Shown here piece after piece: positions 31,419 through 41,223 of a stretch of DNA of 58,617 bases (position 1 is its first letter; every line of letters starts with the position of its first letter). A model generated the notes under the pieces. That model was not told the DNA's origin, searched no databases, and saw only the letters and a list, made by a program, of their open reading frames with translations. The position numbers were made by a program, and so were the translations under genes. The stretch covers positions 1 to 58,617 of the forward strand of contig JAJRRW010000048.1 in NCBI GenBank assembly GCA_024279115.1. Direction: 5' to 3'. This DNA is from Alphaproteobacteria bacterium. GTDB lineage: Bacteria > Pseudomonadota > Alphaproteobacteria > Rhizobiales > JAKIUO01.

Positions 31419-32209
31419 GATTTTCTCTCTTGCAATTGCACGCTTTTACGAAAACGATGCGTAAAATCCTTGTCGTAAAGCTTTGATTTTTTAAGCTGCG
31501 GCCAATGGCGCGCGCCCAGCGTCGGGCTGATGACAATCATTGCCTGTGATTTGATTTTGGCAGCGCGGCAATCATCATAAAGGGTCTCAATGGTGCTGCG
31601 GACAATCACTTCTTCCTCGGGCCAACTGGCCTTGTGGACGATCAGCACAAGCGCGTCTTTTTGCCAGCCCGCCTCGCGCAGATCACTTTGTATTTTTTTG
31701 ACAAGAGTGATGGACAAAAACAGGCACAAGGTACAGTGGTGGCTGGCCAGAGCGACCAGATCTTCCCCCGGCGGCATCGGCGTGCGGCCCTCAACGCGGG
31801 TCAAGATAACGGTCTGCGTGACCTCTGGCAGGGTCAGGCTTTCGCTGGCTGCCGCGACCGAGGCCATGGCCGATGAGACCCCTGGTACAACGCCGCTATC
31901 AATGCGAGCTTTATCCAATGGCTGCACCATTTCAATCAGCGCGCCATATAGCGAGGGGTCGCCGGTTTGCAGGCGGATCACGGTTTCATGCCGTTGCGCT
32001 TTGTCAATCAGCCAGCTGGTGATCTCTTCCAGTGTCATGCCTTTGCTGTCGGCAATTTCGCATTGATCACTGGCCCAGCGCGTCGCGGCAAGTGACACAA
32101 GCGGCCCCGCGAACAAGATGGCACCGGCCCTGGCAATGAGATCGCGGCCCTTCACCGTGATGAGATCGGGGTCGCCGGGACCCGCCCCTACAAACCATAC
32201 TTTACTCAT
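31415..32209 (-). CDS. cbiF: Precorrin-4 C11-methyltransferase
   Basis: FVGAGPGDPDLITVKG, RLQTGDPSLYGA, LTLPEVTQTVILTR, KASWP, SKLYD..FTH. Confidence 0.95.
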   Translation of the reverse strand: MSKVWFVGAGPGDPDLITVKGRDLIARAGAILFAGPLVSLAATRWASDQCEIADSKGMTLEEITSWLIDKAQRHETVIRLQTGDPSLYGALIEMVQPLDKARIDSGVVPGVSSAMASVAAASESLTLPEVTQTVILTRVEGRTPMPPGEDLVALASHHCTLCLFLSITLVKKIQSDLREAGWQKDALVLIVHKASWPEEEVIVRSTIETLYDDCRAAKIKSQAMIVISPTLGARHWPQLKKSKLYDKDFTHRFRKSVQLQERKS

Positions 32210-32240
32210 GCTCTTTGCATCCCCATAGCTTGTTCATCAT

Positions 32241-32975
32241 TCATGTTTTGCCCATCAGTTTTCGATTGAAATATCCATAGGCTCCGCCAAGGCTTAGCCA
32301 GAAAATGGCTTTGGCAATGGCTGTGGCGATAATGAATGTGGTGAGCAGTTGCTGAGGAGCCAGCGCCTCAGGGCTGGCTGGATGAGGAGCGCCAACCAGA
32401 TGCGGCACCAGCAGCAATATGACGCCCGCCCCTTTAAGGAGCCAGATCGGCGCAAAGGCGATCAATGCCAGCCCGCCAGCGGTGCTAACGGCGGTGCCTA
32501 CCCACCAGAATTTTCTTGTTTGTAACGCCGCTGCCTCGGTGCCGGGAAGTTCTGGAGCAAGGCCCAGCGAGGGCGCAACAAAAAACACCACATAGCCAGC
32601 AAGCCCCCAAAGCAGACCCGATTTCCAGCTTAGTATATTGCCGTGCAGGCTCGATGCTGCCCCCAGCAGCAAGGCAAAGCCCATGGCGATCAGAACATTT
32701 GCCGCCAGCGTCAATAATGTGCGCTGCATTCCATCTTGCGGAGCCCCGACTTCAGCGCCCTCTCCATGCCCCTCTCCATGACCCTGCTCGCGAGGCCCCT
32801 GGTCGCGAGGTTCAACCGATATGGCAGCGTTTGCCCGGGGGGCAGGAGTGCTGGTCTCATATTTTTCAGCTTCCAGAATGGAGGGGATCACCCCTATTTG
32901 CTGAACGATAGTCAATAAGATGCCAGCAAACAGACTGGCCAGTGCCGCCGTCGTGAATATTTTGGAAAAACTCAT
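32241..32975 (-). CDS. cbtA: Cobalt transporter subunit CbtA
   Basis: P.ILEAE.YE, P.DG..RT, GLLWGLAGY..F..APSLGL.PELPG, PHLVGAP. Confidence 0.9.
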   Translation of the reverse strand: MSFSKIFTTAALASLFAGILLTIVQQIGVIPSILEAEKYETSTPAPRANAAISVEPRDQGPREQGHGEGHGEGAEVGAPQDGMQRTLLTLAANVLIAMGFALLLGAASSLHGNILSWKSGLLWGLAGYVVFFVAPSLGLAPELPGTEAAALQTRKFWWVGTAVSTAGGLALIAFAPIWLLKGAGVILLLVPHLVGAPHPASPEALAPQQLLTTFIIATAIAKAIFWLSLGGAYGYFNRKLMGKT

Positions 32976-33010
32976 TTTGATATTCCGGTTTGGTGGCTGG
33001 GCGATCCGGT

Positions 33011-33199
33011 TTAATGACAGGGAAAGGATGCGGCATGCCGGGCGTCATGCGCGGCATTATGCAGGATCTGCGAATTGGCAAAGCCAGCCGCGAACAAAAG
33101 GCCAATGCCGATCACCGCAGCGGCCAGCGCCGGCATGAAACGAGCCGATGCTTGAGTGGAGGCCAGCGCGGCTTGAAGGTCTGTTTGGTCCGGGGTCAT
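33011..33199 (-). CDS. cbtB: Cobalt transporter subunit CbtB
   Basis: Single TM followed by LHNAAHDARHAASFPCH. Confidence 0.92.
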   Translation of the reverse strand: MTPDQTDLQAALASTQASARFMPALAAAVIGIGLLFAAGFANSQILHNAAHDARHAASFPCH

Positions 33200-33244
33200 G
33201 ATTTAGGGTCTCCATAAATTTGCTTGTCTTGATGCGAGCTGTGA

Positions 33245-33922
33245 TCAGGCGGCCAGATACAGTCTTCTTTCAACAAAGGCGCTGCCCTTGAGGTCATGCA
33301 GCATTTTGGCACCGGCCAGAGCGGCCAGATCAACGAGGGGTTCGACAATGATAACCGTCATATAGGCGGCGCCGAACAGGGCGATGCTGGCGAGATTTTC
33401 GGCACCAAAACCCTGGCCATAAAACGCCCAGAACGCCACCCAGGAGACAATGCCACCCTGATAAGCGGTGGACAGCGCCAGAGCCTGCTTATATTCGATG
33501 TCCTTGTAAGCCGTGTTGGCCGGGATGACCTTTTTGGCAAGCAAATACATGGCAAAAAGCGGCACCAGCAAGGTTGTCAGATTGATACCATATTGCGGCA
33601 GATCGAGAGGGGCGAACAACAGCCCCTGAATAGCCAGACCAAGGGCCAGGCCAATCGCCGCCGGGGCAACGCCAAAGATCAAGAAAAGGGTGGAGCCCAT
33701 AATCAGATGAACTTCCGATATGCCAACGGGGTGATGGGGCAGCACCTGAAAATAACCAAACACCATAATCGTGGTGAACAAGCTGCGCACCAAAAGTGAC
33801 AGCACACCGTCTTTTTTGATGGTCTCAAGAGCCAGCTTGCCCGCAAAGCCAACGGCAGCGATAGCGGTTCCATAGCTGAGGGTCATTTTGGCGGCATCGA
33901 CGATCCCTGGTTCAATATGCAT
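33245..33922 (-). CDS. cbiM: ECF-type cobalt/nickel S-component (CbiM family), stand-alone
   Basis: N-terminal MHIEPG metal-binding motif, VGISEVHLI.G, multiple TMs; no cbiN/Q/O adjacent. Confidence 0.85.
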   Translation of the reverse strand: MHIEPGIVDAAKMTLSYGTAIAAVGFAGKLALETIKKDGVLSLLVRSLFTTIMVFGYFQVLPHHPVGISEVHLIMGSTLFLIFGVAPAAIGLALGLAIQGLLFAPLDLPQYGINLTTLLVPLFAMYLLAKKVIPANTAYKDIEYKQALALSTAYQGGIVSWVAFWAFYGQGFGAENLASIALFGAAYMTVIIVEPLVDLAALAGAKMLHDLKGSAFVERRLYLAA

Positions 33923-33933
33923 GAGGGTTTCCT

Positions 33934-35265
33934 TTAGTTTGAGATGGATTGATGTGAGGTGGCAAACAGTTTTGCTGCGGCCATTGGATTGGAGGGAAAA
34001 TAGAGATGTAAATAGGAGGCATTGAGCCGCAAATCGCGAAACACCGGTTCGCCGGTGCGCCCCTTGCGAGCACCCACGCTCAAGGCGATGGGTTCAAGCG
34101 GGCTGTCGAGTTTTGAATAATGATAGGTATGACCGCGCAAATTGCCTTCGGGCAGCTCGATCTTGTGCATGCCAAGATTGGAGAGCCGTTTTTGCATTTT
34201 GGCATGCCCTGGCATCAGACCGACCAGCTTGGCGCTGGCGCCCTCCTTGTTGGTGAGCTGATCAAACAGATAGAGCATGCCGCCACATTCGGCGTGGATT
34301 GGTTTGCCCTGTTTGTGATGGGCGCGGATCGCCTCGATCATGGGGGCATTGCTGGCTAATTGTTGCAGATGTAATTCGGGATAACCGCCGGGTAAATAAA
34401 GCGCATCGGCGTCGGGCAGTCGTTGGTCTTCCAGCGGTGAGAAAAACAAAAGCTCAGCCCCTTCTTCGCGCAACAAATCAAGATTGGCGTGATAAAGAAA
34501 GGAAAAGGAGGCATCTTGAGCGATGGCGATACGCAGCCCCTTGAGCCGCTGCGAGGGGGCGTCCAATTTGGCGGCTTTGAACTCAACGGGGGCTGGTGAG
34601 AGTTTTTGAATGTCTTTCAAGGACAGGGCGGCCAGTGCGATACGATTGTCGAGATCGTCAATTTCGCTGGCCGGCACAAGTCCCAAATGACGACTGGGCA
34701 AGGCAATCTCTTCATTGCGAGGCAGCCAGCCCAGCATTTTGAGCCCGGTGGGAAGGCTCTCTTCGAGCATTTCGAAATGACTGTCGCTGGCGACGCGATT
34801 GGCGAACACGCCCGCAAAGGGCAGATCGCAGCGATAGGTGGCAAGGCCATGGGCCAGCGCGCCAAACGTCTGAGCCATGGCGCTGCCATTGATGACCGTC
34901 AAGACGGGAATATTGAACAGGCAGGCAAGATCAGCACTGGATCTTTCGCCATCAAACAGGCCCATCACCCCTTCAATCAAGATAAGGTCCGCCGTTTGCG
35001 CCGCCTTATAGAGCAGATCGCGGCAATGCTGTTCGCCGCCCATCCATAAATCAAGCTGATAGACGGGATGGCCAGAGGCTTGCTCCAGGATCATCGGATC
35101 AAGAAAATCAGGACCGGTCTTAAACACACGCACCTGTTGTCCAGCATTGCGATAATGACGCGCAAGGGCAGCCGTGACCGTGGTTTTTCCCTGCCCCGAA
35201 GCGGGGGCCGCGATAAACAGAGCCGGGCAATTTGTTGTGGCAGGGCCAAGGGGAGACGAACTCAT
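33934..35265 (-). CDS. cbiA: Cobyrinate a,c-diamide synthase
   Basis: SGQGKTT, FKTGPDFLDP, EGVMGLFDG, SRHLGL, GGYPEL, AECGGMLYL. Confidence 0.95.
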   Translation of the reverse strand: MSSSPLGPATTNCPALFIAAPASGQGKTTVTAALARHYRNAGQQVRVFKTGPDFLDPMILEQASGHPVYQLDLWMGGEQHCRDLLYKAAQTADLILIEGVMGLFDGERSSADLACLFNIPVLTVINGSAMAQTFGALAHGLATYRCDLPFAGVFANRVASDSHFEMLEESLPTGLKMLGWLPRNEEIALPSRHLGLVPASEIDDLDNRIALAALSLKDIQKLSPAPVEFKAAKLDAPSQRLKGLRIAIAQDASFSFLYHANLDLLREEGAELLFFSPLEDQRLPDADALYLPGGYPELHLQQLASNAPMIEAIRAHHKQGKPIHAECGGMLYLFDQLTNKEGASAKLVGLMPGHAKMQKRLSNLGMHKIELPEGNLRGHTYHYSKLDSPLEPIALSVGARKGRTGEPVFRDLRLNASYLHLYFPSNPMAAAKLFATSHQSISN

Positions 35266-35864
35266 AGATCAATCCCCTTTTGCGCCTTCACACCTGCCCG
35301 GTAGGCATGTTTTTTATCGGCTAGCTCGGTGACCGTATCGGCGGCATCAACAAGCGCTGACAGGGCACCGCGCCCCGTCACCACCACATGCTGCATGGGC
35401 GGGCGGGCTTTAAGATCCCCAAGCACCTTGTCCATATCCAGCCATTTATAGCGCAACGGATAGGTCAGCTCATCGAGAATAATCAAATCATAAGAGGGGT
35501 CTTGCAGCATGTTGCGGGCCACATCCCAACCTTTTTCAGCCGTTTTCTTGTCGCGTTCAAGGTTCTGGGTTTCCCACGTAAAACCTTCTCCCAGCACATG
35601 CCAGGTGACGTTGGGGTGGGTTTTGAAAAAGCTTTCTTCTCCGGTGTCCGAGCTGCCCTTGATGAACTGGGCAACCCCCACCTTCATTTCGTGGCCAAGG
35701 GCACGCGCTGCCATGCCAAAGGCCGAGCTGGATTTGCCTTTGCCATTGCCGGTGAGCAGCAAGAGCAGGCCTTGTTCGCGGTCGGCGCGTGTAATACCCT
35801 CATCCACCACTTTTTTCTTGCGGGCCATTTTTGTCTGGTGTTTTTTTTGTGTGTCAGCGCTCAT
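35262..35864 (-). CDS. cobO: Cob(I)yrinic acid a,c-diamide adenosyltransferase
   Basis: TGNGKGKSSSAFG, QFIKG, GEGFTW, LDEL, TGR, KHAY..G.KAQKGID; start ATG 35864. Confidence 0.95.
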   Translation of the reverse strand: MSADTQKKHQTKMARKKKVVDEGITRADREQGLLLLLTGNGKGKSSSAFGMAARALGHEMKVGVAQFIKGSSDTGEESFFKTHPNVTWHVLGEGFTWETQNLERDKKTAEKGWDVARNMLQDPSYDLIILDELTYPLRYKWLDMDKVLGDLKARPPMQHVVVTGRGALSALVDAADTVTELADKKHAYRAGVKAQKGIDL

Positions 35865-36102
35865 AAGGCCGCTCCTGGCATAAAATCCGCGCGAGCAAGG
35901 AGCGCTAATACTGACAATGAGCCTTGAAGCTTCATAGCCAAAGGGGAGTGAAAACAAATACCCATCATACTCTTCCTTTATCACGCCGCCCGCGCGATTG
36001 AGTGCCACCAGGGATTGATGTGAGAAGAGTGAGCCAAAGCAAGGAGAGTATAGAAGATAACCCACCAGCCCCGGCAATGCCCTCCGCATGCCAACCGTAA
36101 AG

Positions 36103-36305
36103 CTTCGGGCAGGTCTCCGGGCTTATGAGGGGTCAAAATTGCGACCAGACAGACCGCCTTCCCATATCATTTGATACAGTGGCTCAATGATCTGTCAAAC
36201 CTCACCTACCGTTGCGGGGGCAGCGCCGGAATAGCCTGTTATGAAAACAACACGCACCGGCTTCCCATTTCATCCTCTTGAAAAAACAAAAGGAAACCTG
36301 AAGCA
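36103..36305 (-). ncRNA. Cobalamin (AdoCbl) riboswitch
   Basis: Minus strand: AGGT...AATGGGAAGCCGGTG...TCCGGCGCTGCCCCCGCAACGGTA...GCCACTG...GGGAAGGC...AGCCCGGAGACCTGCC (B12 box); heads the cob operon. Confidence 0.93.
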
Positions 36306-36314
36306 GATGGGCAA

Positions 36315-36343
36315 AAAATAGGGGAAGGGGGGAGGGCTGTCAA
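36315..36343 (-). promoter_or_regulatory. sigma70 promoter of the cob operon
   Basis: TTGACA-N17-TATTTT just upstream of the riboswitch. Confidence 0.7.
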
Positions 36344-36450
36344 CACGCAATAAACATCAATCCCGAGAGGACCTTTTTAAGTGCGTGATTTAGTGTTTAT
36401 GCTCACGGGGTTGGGCCGTTGAGCAAATGTTGTGCTGGTGGTCCTTGCGC

Positions 36451-37134
36451 CTATTGTGCCCCTGTTGCGGAGGGCCGGGCATCTTTTGACCACATGGCTT
36501 GCGTGCCGGTCTTATTGAAGCGGCGATAGTCCATATCGATGGTTTGCATGGAAAACCGCAAAGGACGGATCTTGGGTTTGAGGAACGACAGGCTATTGTC
36601 GGGAGAGGCTGTTATGAGACGCAATTCAAACTCGTAATCCCCGGCTTCCAAATCCAGAATGCGATTGATCTTCTCATCAGCGCGCGGCACGAATTGCATG
36701 GGTCTGGAAAAGCTGCTTTTACCAAGGAGCGCGACGGGCATAAAGGGGGTTCTGGCGCTTTGCCCCCATGTGCCAAAATGCGCGGCGTAAAACTTTTTGG
36801 TTTTGCCGGTGCGCGGATTGGTGACCAGCAGATCAATGGACAAAACGGTGCCGGTGCGGGCGCCATCATTGGCCAGGGTCAAGGGCACGATGAAAACTTC
36901 GAACGGATGGTCGGGGCTATTGGGGTCTGTATAGGCGATGCGCGGCGGCACATAAGAGGCAAAATCAGCAGAGCGCACCACGGTTTCATAAAAGCTGTAA
37001 CCGGAAAATAACAGCGCAAAGGCGGAGATGATGGTGGCAAACAGCCCCGCACGAGAGATTTCGGAGGCCCCTCTGGCCTGCTCAACAGCTTCATTGATAA
37101 ACTGATCGGCTTTATTGCGTCTAAACAATCCCAT
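36451..37134 (-). CDS. Hypothetical single-TM protein
   Basis: RBS GGAG before ATG 37134, one TM (LFATIISAFALLFSGYSFY), beta-rich soluble domain. Confidence 0.65.
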   Translation of the reverse strand: MGLFRRNKADQFINEAVEQARGASEISRAGLFATIISAFALLFSGYSFYETVVRSADFASYVPPRIAYTDPNSPDHPFEVFIVPLTLANDGARTGTVLSIDLLVTNPRTGKTKKFYAAHFGTWGQSARTPFMPVALLGKSSFSRPMQFVPRADEKINRILDLEAGDYEFELRLITASPDNSLSFLKPKIRPLRFSMQTIDMDYRRFNKTGTQAMWSKDARPSATGAQ

Positions 37135-37214
37135 TTTTATCTCCTGCCTGCCTGCTTGGATTTTTATATAATGGCGCGAATGTGTTGGCATTGCGAACGA
37201 GGGCGGCAACGGAG

Positions 37215-38147
37215 CTAATTTATCAGCACATTCTTGATAATCGTGCAAAGGTTTGCGAGTTGCTTGTCATCATATGGCTCCGCGCGGCTGTGTCCCCAGA
37301 CAGGCCCGGGCCAGGCCGGGTCATCATCATGGCGGGCAATGATATGAATATGCAGTTGCGCAACAATATTGCCCAGGGCGCCAATATTGAGTTTTTGCGG
37401 GCGAAACAGCTTTTCCATGGCGTTTGAGACCATGCGCATTTCATGCATCAAAACCAGGCTGTCGGCGTCGCTCAGATCCGTGAGTTCGCTCATATTCCGG
37501 GCTTGCGGTATGAGGATCAGCCAGGGGTAGCGATGATCATTCATCAAGCGCACAGTGCATAATGTGAGGGCGCCGATTTCAACGCTGTCTGCGGCCAACC
37601 GATGATCAAGCTCAAAGGCGGGGTCGATGGAAAGCGCAGGCGGTTCAGTCGTTTCGATGATTTCGGGGGAGGGCTCTCCGGCCAGGGTTTCTTTGAGACC
37701 CATGCCCGCCAGTTCATCGGCGCGTTCATTCTCGGGGTGGCCCGCATGGCCCTTGACCCAGTGCCAGGTGACATCATGGAGGGTGCGGGCTTCATCCAGT
37801 TCTTGCCATAGATCGGCATTTTTAACCGGCTTTTTAGCCGCCGTTTTCCAGCCGCGGCGTTTCCAGCCATGGATCCATTCGGTGATACCCTTGCGTACAT
37901 AGGTGCTGTCGGTGTGCAGGTCGATATTGCTGCGCTGGGCTGGATATTGCAGCGCCTTGATGGCGGCCATCAGTTCCATGCGGTTATTGGTGGTGTGGGG
38001 CTCGCCGCCCCTGATTTCACGCCGTTCCCCCGTCCCGTTTTTTGGCCCGAACACCATGGTGGCACCCCAGCCCCCAGGACCTGGATGTCCCGAACAGGCG
38101 CCATCGGTATAGATCACCACTTCAGTGGAAAGTTGTTGCTCGCTCAT
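37215..38147 (-). CDS. rnhA: Ribonuclease HI fused to a C-terminal HIT-family domain
   Basis: [41 protein letters not shown]; then FELDHRL..DS...YPWLILIP...[31 protein letters not shown]. Confidence 0.9.
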   Translation of the reverse strand: MSEQQLSTEVVIYTDGACSGHPGPGGWGATMVFGPKNGTGERREIRGGEPHTTNNRMELMAAIKALQYPAQRSNIDLHTDSTYVRKGITEWIHGWKRRGWKTAAKKPVKNADLWQELDEARTLHDVTWHWVKGHAGHPENERADELAGMGLKETLAGEPSPEIIETTEPPALSIDPAFELDHRLAADSVEIGALTLCTVRLMNDHRYPWLILIPQARNMSELTDLSDADSLVLMHEMRMVSNAMEKLFRPQKLNIGALGNIVAQLHIHIIARHDDDPAWPGPVWGHSRAEPYDDKQLANLCTIIKNVLIN

Positions 38148-39109
38148 GTCTCAAATCCATATTCGCTGACATTGTTGATTTGCTGATGAAAGCGCAGCTT
38201 GCGCAAATATTCACGCGGGTCATGGCGATTGACCAGTGCGTCTGCTGGCGTGTTGAGCCAGTCATAGATGCGGGTCAGCAAGAAGCGCAAGGCGGCGCCG
38301 CGCGCCAGCAGTGGCAAAGCTTCAAGTTCAAATGGTTGCAAATGCCGTGTTTGCTCATAGCCAGACAAGAGGGCGCGGGCATTGGTCATGTTAAAACTGC
38401 TATCAGTTTCAAAGCACCAGGCGTTGAGGCAGACTGCCAGATCGTAACTTAGAAAATCATTGCAGGCGAAGTAAAAGTCGATGAGGCCCGACAAATGATC
38501 GTCGAGGAAAAAAACATTGTCGGGAAAAAGATCCGCATGAATGATGCCGGTGGGCAGGTCTTTGGGCCAGTTGTGTTCCAAAAAATCCAGCTCGCGGGTA
38601 ATCAGCTCGTGCAAGCCTGGATGAATGTCATCCATGCCTTGTCCGCATTGTTCAAACAATGGCCGCCAGCCCGCCAGCGCCAGCGCATTGGGCCGGCTCA
38701 TGGCAAAGTCAGCCCCTGCCAGATGCATGGCTCCAAGTGATTTACCAAGTTCGCCGCAATGCACGCGTTTGGGGCGGTTCACCGAAAACCCGTCCAGAAA
38801 AGTGACCATCACGGCGGGGCGACCGGACAGGGTTTTGAGGACCTGACCCTTTTTATCTTCGACCGGCAGGGGGCACGAAATATTGTGGGTTGCCAGATGT
38901 TCCATGAGCCCTAGAAAAAACGGCAGATCTCTGGTTTCCACGAGTTTTTCATAGAGCGTCAGGATAAAGGAATTTTTTGAGGTACGCACCAGATAGTTGG
39001 TGTTCTGGACGCCCTCGGCGATGCCCTTGTAGCTATGCAACTCCCCCACATCATAGTGGGCCAGAAACGAGCGCAGATCATCATCGGCAATTTGCGTATA
39101 GACAGCCAG
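38144..39109 (-). CDS. thrB: Homoserine kinase type II
   Basis: AVYT N-terminus, [37 protein letters not shown]; probable start is CTG at 39109. Confidence 0.93.
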   Translation of the reverse strand: MAVYTQIADDDLRSFLAHYDVGELHSYKGIAEGVQNTNYLVRTSKNSFILTLYEKLVETRDLPFFLGLMEHLATHNISCPLPVEDKKGQVLKTLSGRPAVMVTFLDGFSVNRPKRVHCGELGKSLGAMHLAGADFAMSRPNALALAGWRPLFEQCGQGMDDIHPGLHELITRELDFLEHNWPKDLPTGIIHADLFPDNVFFLDDHLSGLIDFYFACNDFLSYDLAVCLNAWCFETDSSFNMTNARALLSGYEQTRHLQPFELEALPLLARGAALRFLLTRIYDWLNTPADALVNRHDPREYLRKLRFHQQINNVSEYGFET

Positions 39110-39187
39110 GTCAATTCTCCATTGGTTCAATTAAGTGTCAGTGTGCAGGCATGTCTCAGTGGTGCGGGCCCGTATAATTGCGCGGGG

Positions 39188-40156
39188 TCAGTTTGATTGC
39201 GTCAGTTCCCTGGGCAGCTTGAAGGCGATGTCTTCTGTCGCCGTTGTGATGGTTTCTACGCTAATTTGATAGCGCTTTTCAAAGCTTTCGATGATTTCAT
39301 CAACAAGCACTTCAGGAGCAGAGGCCCCCGCCGATATGCCCAGCGTATTTACGCCAGCAAATGATCCCCAGTCAATATCGCTGGCCCGTCGCACCAGTAC
39401 GGCATTTGGGCACCCCGAACGGGCCGCGACTTCCACCAGGCGCATGGAGTTGGAGCTGTTGGTGGCCCCGACAATCAAAAAGGCATCGCAGCGATGGGCA
39501 ATGGCTTTGACGGCTTGCTGGCGGTTGGTGGTGGCATAGCAGATATCATCTTTGCGAGGCGCTTTAATATCTGGAAAGCGGCTGGTGAGGATCTCGATAA
39601 TTTCTCTGGTATCGTCAAGGGACAAGGTGGTCTGGGTGATATAGGCGAGCTGCGCGTCGGTTTTTGGGGCAAACTGATGCGCATCTTGCGCCGTTTCAAC
39701 CAGCGATACGGCCCCTGGCGGCAATTGTCCCATGGTGCCGATGACCTCTGGATGTCCCGCATGACCAATCAGAATGGTCTCGCGATCATCGCTAAAATGT
39801 CGCTCTGCCTCGCGGTGTACCTTTGACACCAGTGGACAGGTGGCATCGAGGTAAAACAGATTGCGCTGTCTGGCGGCGGCTGGCACGGATTTTGGCACCC
39901 CATGAGCTGAAAAAATCACGGGAGCCCCCTCGTCTGGAACCTCGTCAAGTTCTTCAACAAAGACCGCGCCCTTTTTCTTCAGGTCATCGACCACATAGCG
40001 ATTATGGACGATTTCGTGGCGCACATAAACAGGCGCCCCATATTGCTGCAAAGCCTGTTCAACGATCTGGATGGCTCGGTCGACCCCGGCACAAAATCCG
40101 CGCGGTTCGCACAGTAAAATCTTCAAGGGGGGGCTGGCTGGCTCCTGTCGGGTCAT
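39188..40156 (-). CDS. ispH: 4-hydroxy-3-methylbut-2-enyl diphosphate reductase
   Basis: [50 protein letters not shown]. Confidence 0.97.
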   Translation of the reverse strand: MTRQEPASPPLKILLCEPRGFCAGVDRAIQIVEQALQQYGAPVYVRHEIVHNRYVVDDLKKKGAVFVEELDEVPDEGAPVIFSAHGVPKSVPAAARQRNLFYLDATCPLVSKVHREAERHFSDDRETILIGHAGHPEVIGTMGQLPPGAVSLVETAQDAHQFAPKTDAQLAYITQTTLSLDDTREIIEILTSRFPDIKAPRKDDICYATTNRQQAVKAIAHRCDAFLIVGATNSSNSMRLVEVAARSGCPNAVLVRRASDIDWGSFAGVNTLGISAGASAPEVLVDEIIESFEKRYQISVETITTATEDIAFKLPRELTQSN

Positions 40157-40459
40157 AAGGGCGTGCTCGCTTGTTACGGAGAGGCGTTATATCTGTTTGC
40201 AAAAAAAACTGTGACATACAAGCTCCATATTTACCATGTTTTATAGAGCTGGGCGAAAATACGCCAAAGGTGACTTGCGGGCAGGGGGAAGCTGATAGTA
40301 AGTTGATCTTAACAAAAACAGCCGTTTTGTTAAGCAATGTGGGTTTGTTTAGATTGGCGTAACCATAATTGGTTATTATAGCGAGCTTATTGCAATCAAT
40401 TGGCAGCACATTGTTGTCAATCACATGAACGAGGGTGCAGGACCATACCTGAAACAAGC

Positions 40460-41092
40460 ATGAAATCTGTTTCTTTTGCCGGGCGGCTATTGTTGGTTGG
40501 AGCGATTACTCTGATGAGCAGCGGTTGCGCGATGACCCAGCTTGGGGGCATGTTTGGTGGCTCCAGCCCGGAAGACACCACAGCCTCTATTAACAGCTCT
40601 GTGCTGCCACAAGAACGCTCGCTTGCCATGGCCGCAAATGAGATGGCACCAGCCGTCCAGGCCGGGGGCGCAGGGGCCTGTCCACGTATTTCCATTTGGC
40701 AAAATGATGCGCAGTTGACGGTCTATCAAATTGGCAGGGTTGGCGACAATCTGGCCATCAGGCATCGCGGCGAAATCACCAAAACGGCCCGTGAGTGCGA
40801 AATCGCCCCCGGGCAGGTCACCGTCAAATATGGCGTGGCCGGTCGCGTCTTGCTGGGGCCACTTGGCAAGGCAGGGGCGATCAAGCTTCCCGTGCTGGTA
40901 CATGTGACCGATCGGGCCAGCCAGAAAATCCAGACCACGAAACTGGATGTGGTTGTCAATATTGAAGGCGGCAAGCTGCATGGCAGTTTCTCGACAGTGC
41001 AAAGCCTGTCGTTCCCCGTCGAGCCTGGCGTTCCCGCCAGCCAATACAGGGTGTTCGTCTCCTTCGATAAAAACGCCGATGGCGCTGGTTAG
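40460..41092 (+). CDS. Hypothetical lipoprotein
   Basis: Signal peptide with SSG-C lipobox, CP...I..TAREC...GV.GRVLLGP.G pattern; divergent from ispH. Confidence 0.7.
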   Translation: MKSVSFAGRLLLVGAITLMSSGCAMTQLGGMFGGSSPEDTTASINSSVLPQERSLAMAANEMAPAVQAGGAGACPRISIWQNDAQLTVYQIGRVGDNLAIRHRGEITKTARECEIAPGQVTVKYGVAGRVLLGPLGKAGAIKLPVLVHVTDRASQKIQTTKLDVVVNIEGGKLHGSFSTVQSLSFPVEPGVPASQYRVFVSFDKNADGAG

Positions 41093-41145
41093 GCGTTGTT
41101 GGGTCAGACCAGCGCCAGGGTCTGCCTTATTCAAAAGAAAATTAA

Positions 41146-41223
41146 GATTGCCTTCCTGTTGCAGGCCGGGATCCGTATTTTTCGTCCCTTGCCCTGGGTC
41201 CCGGGTCAAGCCCGGGAAGCAAT
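41146..41223. repeat. Degenerate REP-like palindromic doublet
   Basis: CTGGGTCCCGGGTCAAGCCCGGGAAGCAAT hairpin with partial inverted partner ATTGCCTTCC...CGGGATCC. Confidence 0.45.

Noticed and set aside
35865..36089. Long N-terminal extension of cobO in the ORF track
   Set aside because: It runs through the riboswitch expression platform; homology begins at MSADTQKK, which has its own AGGAG RBS.
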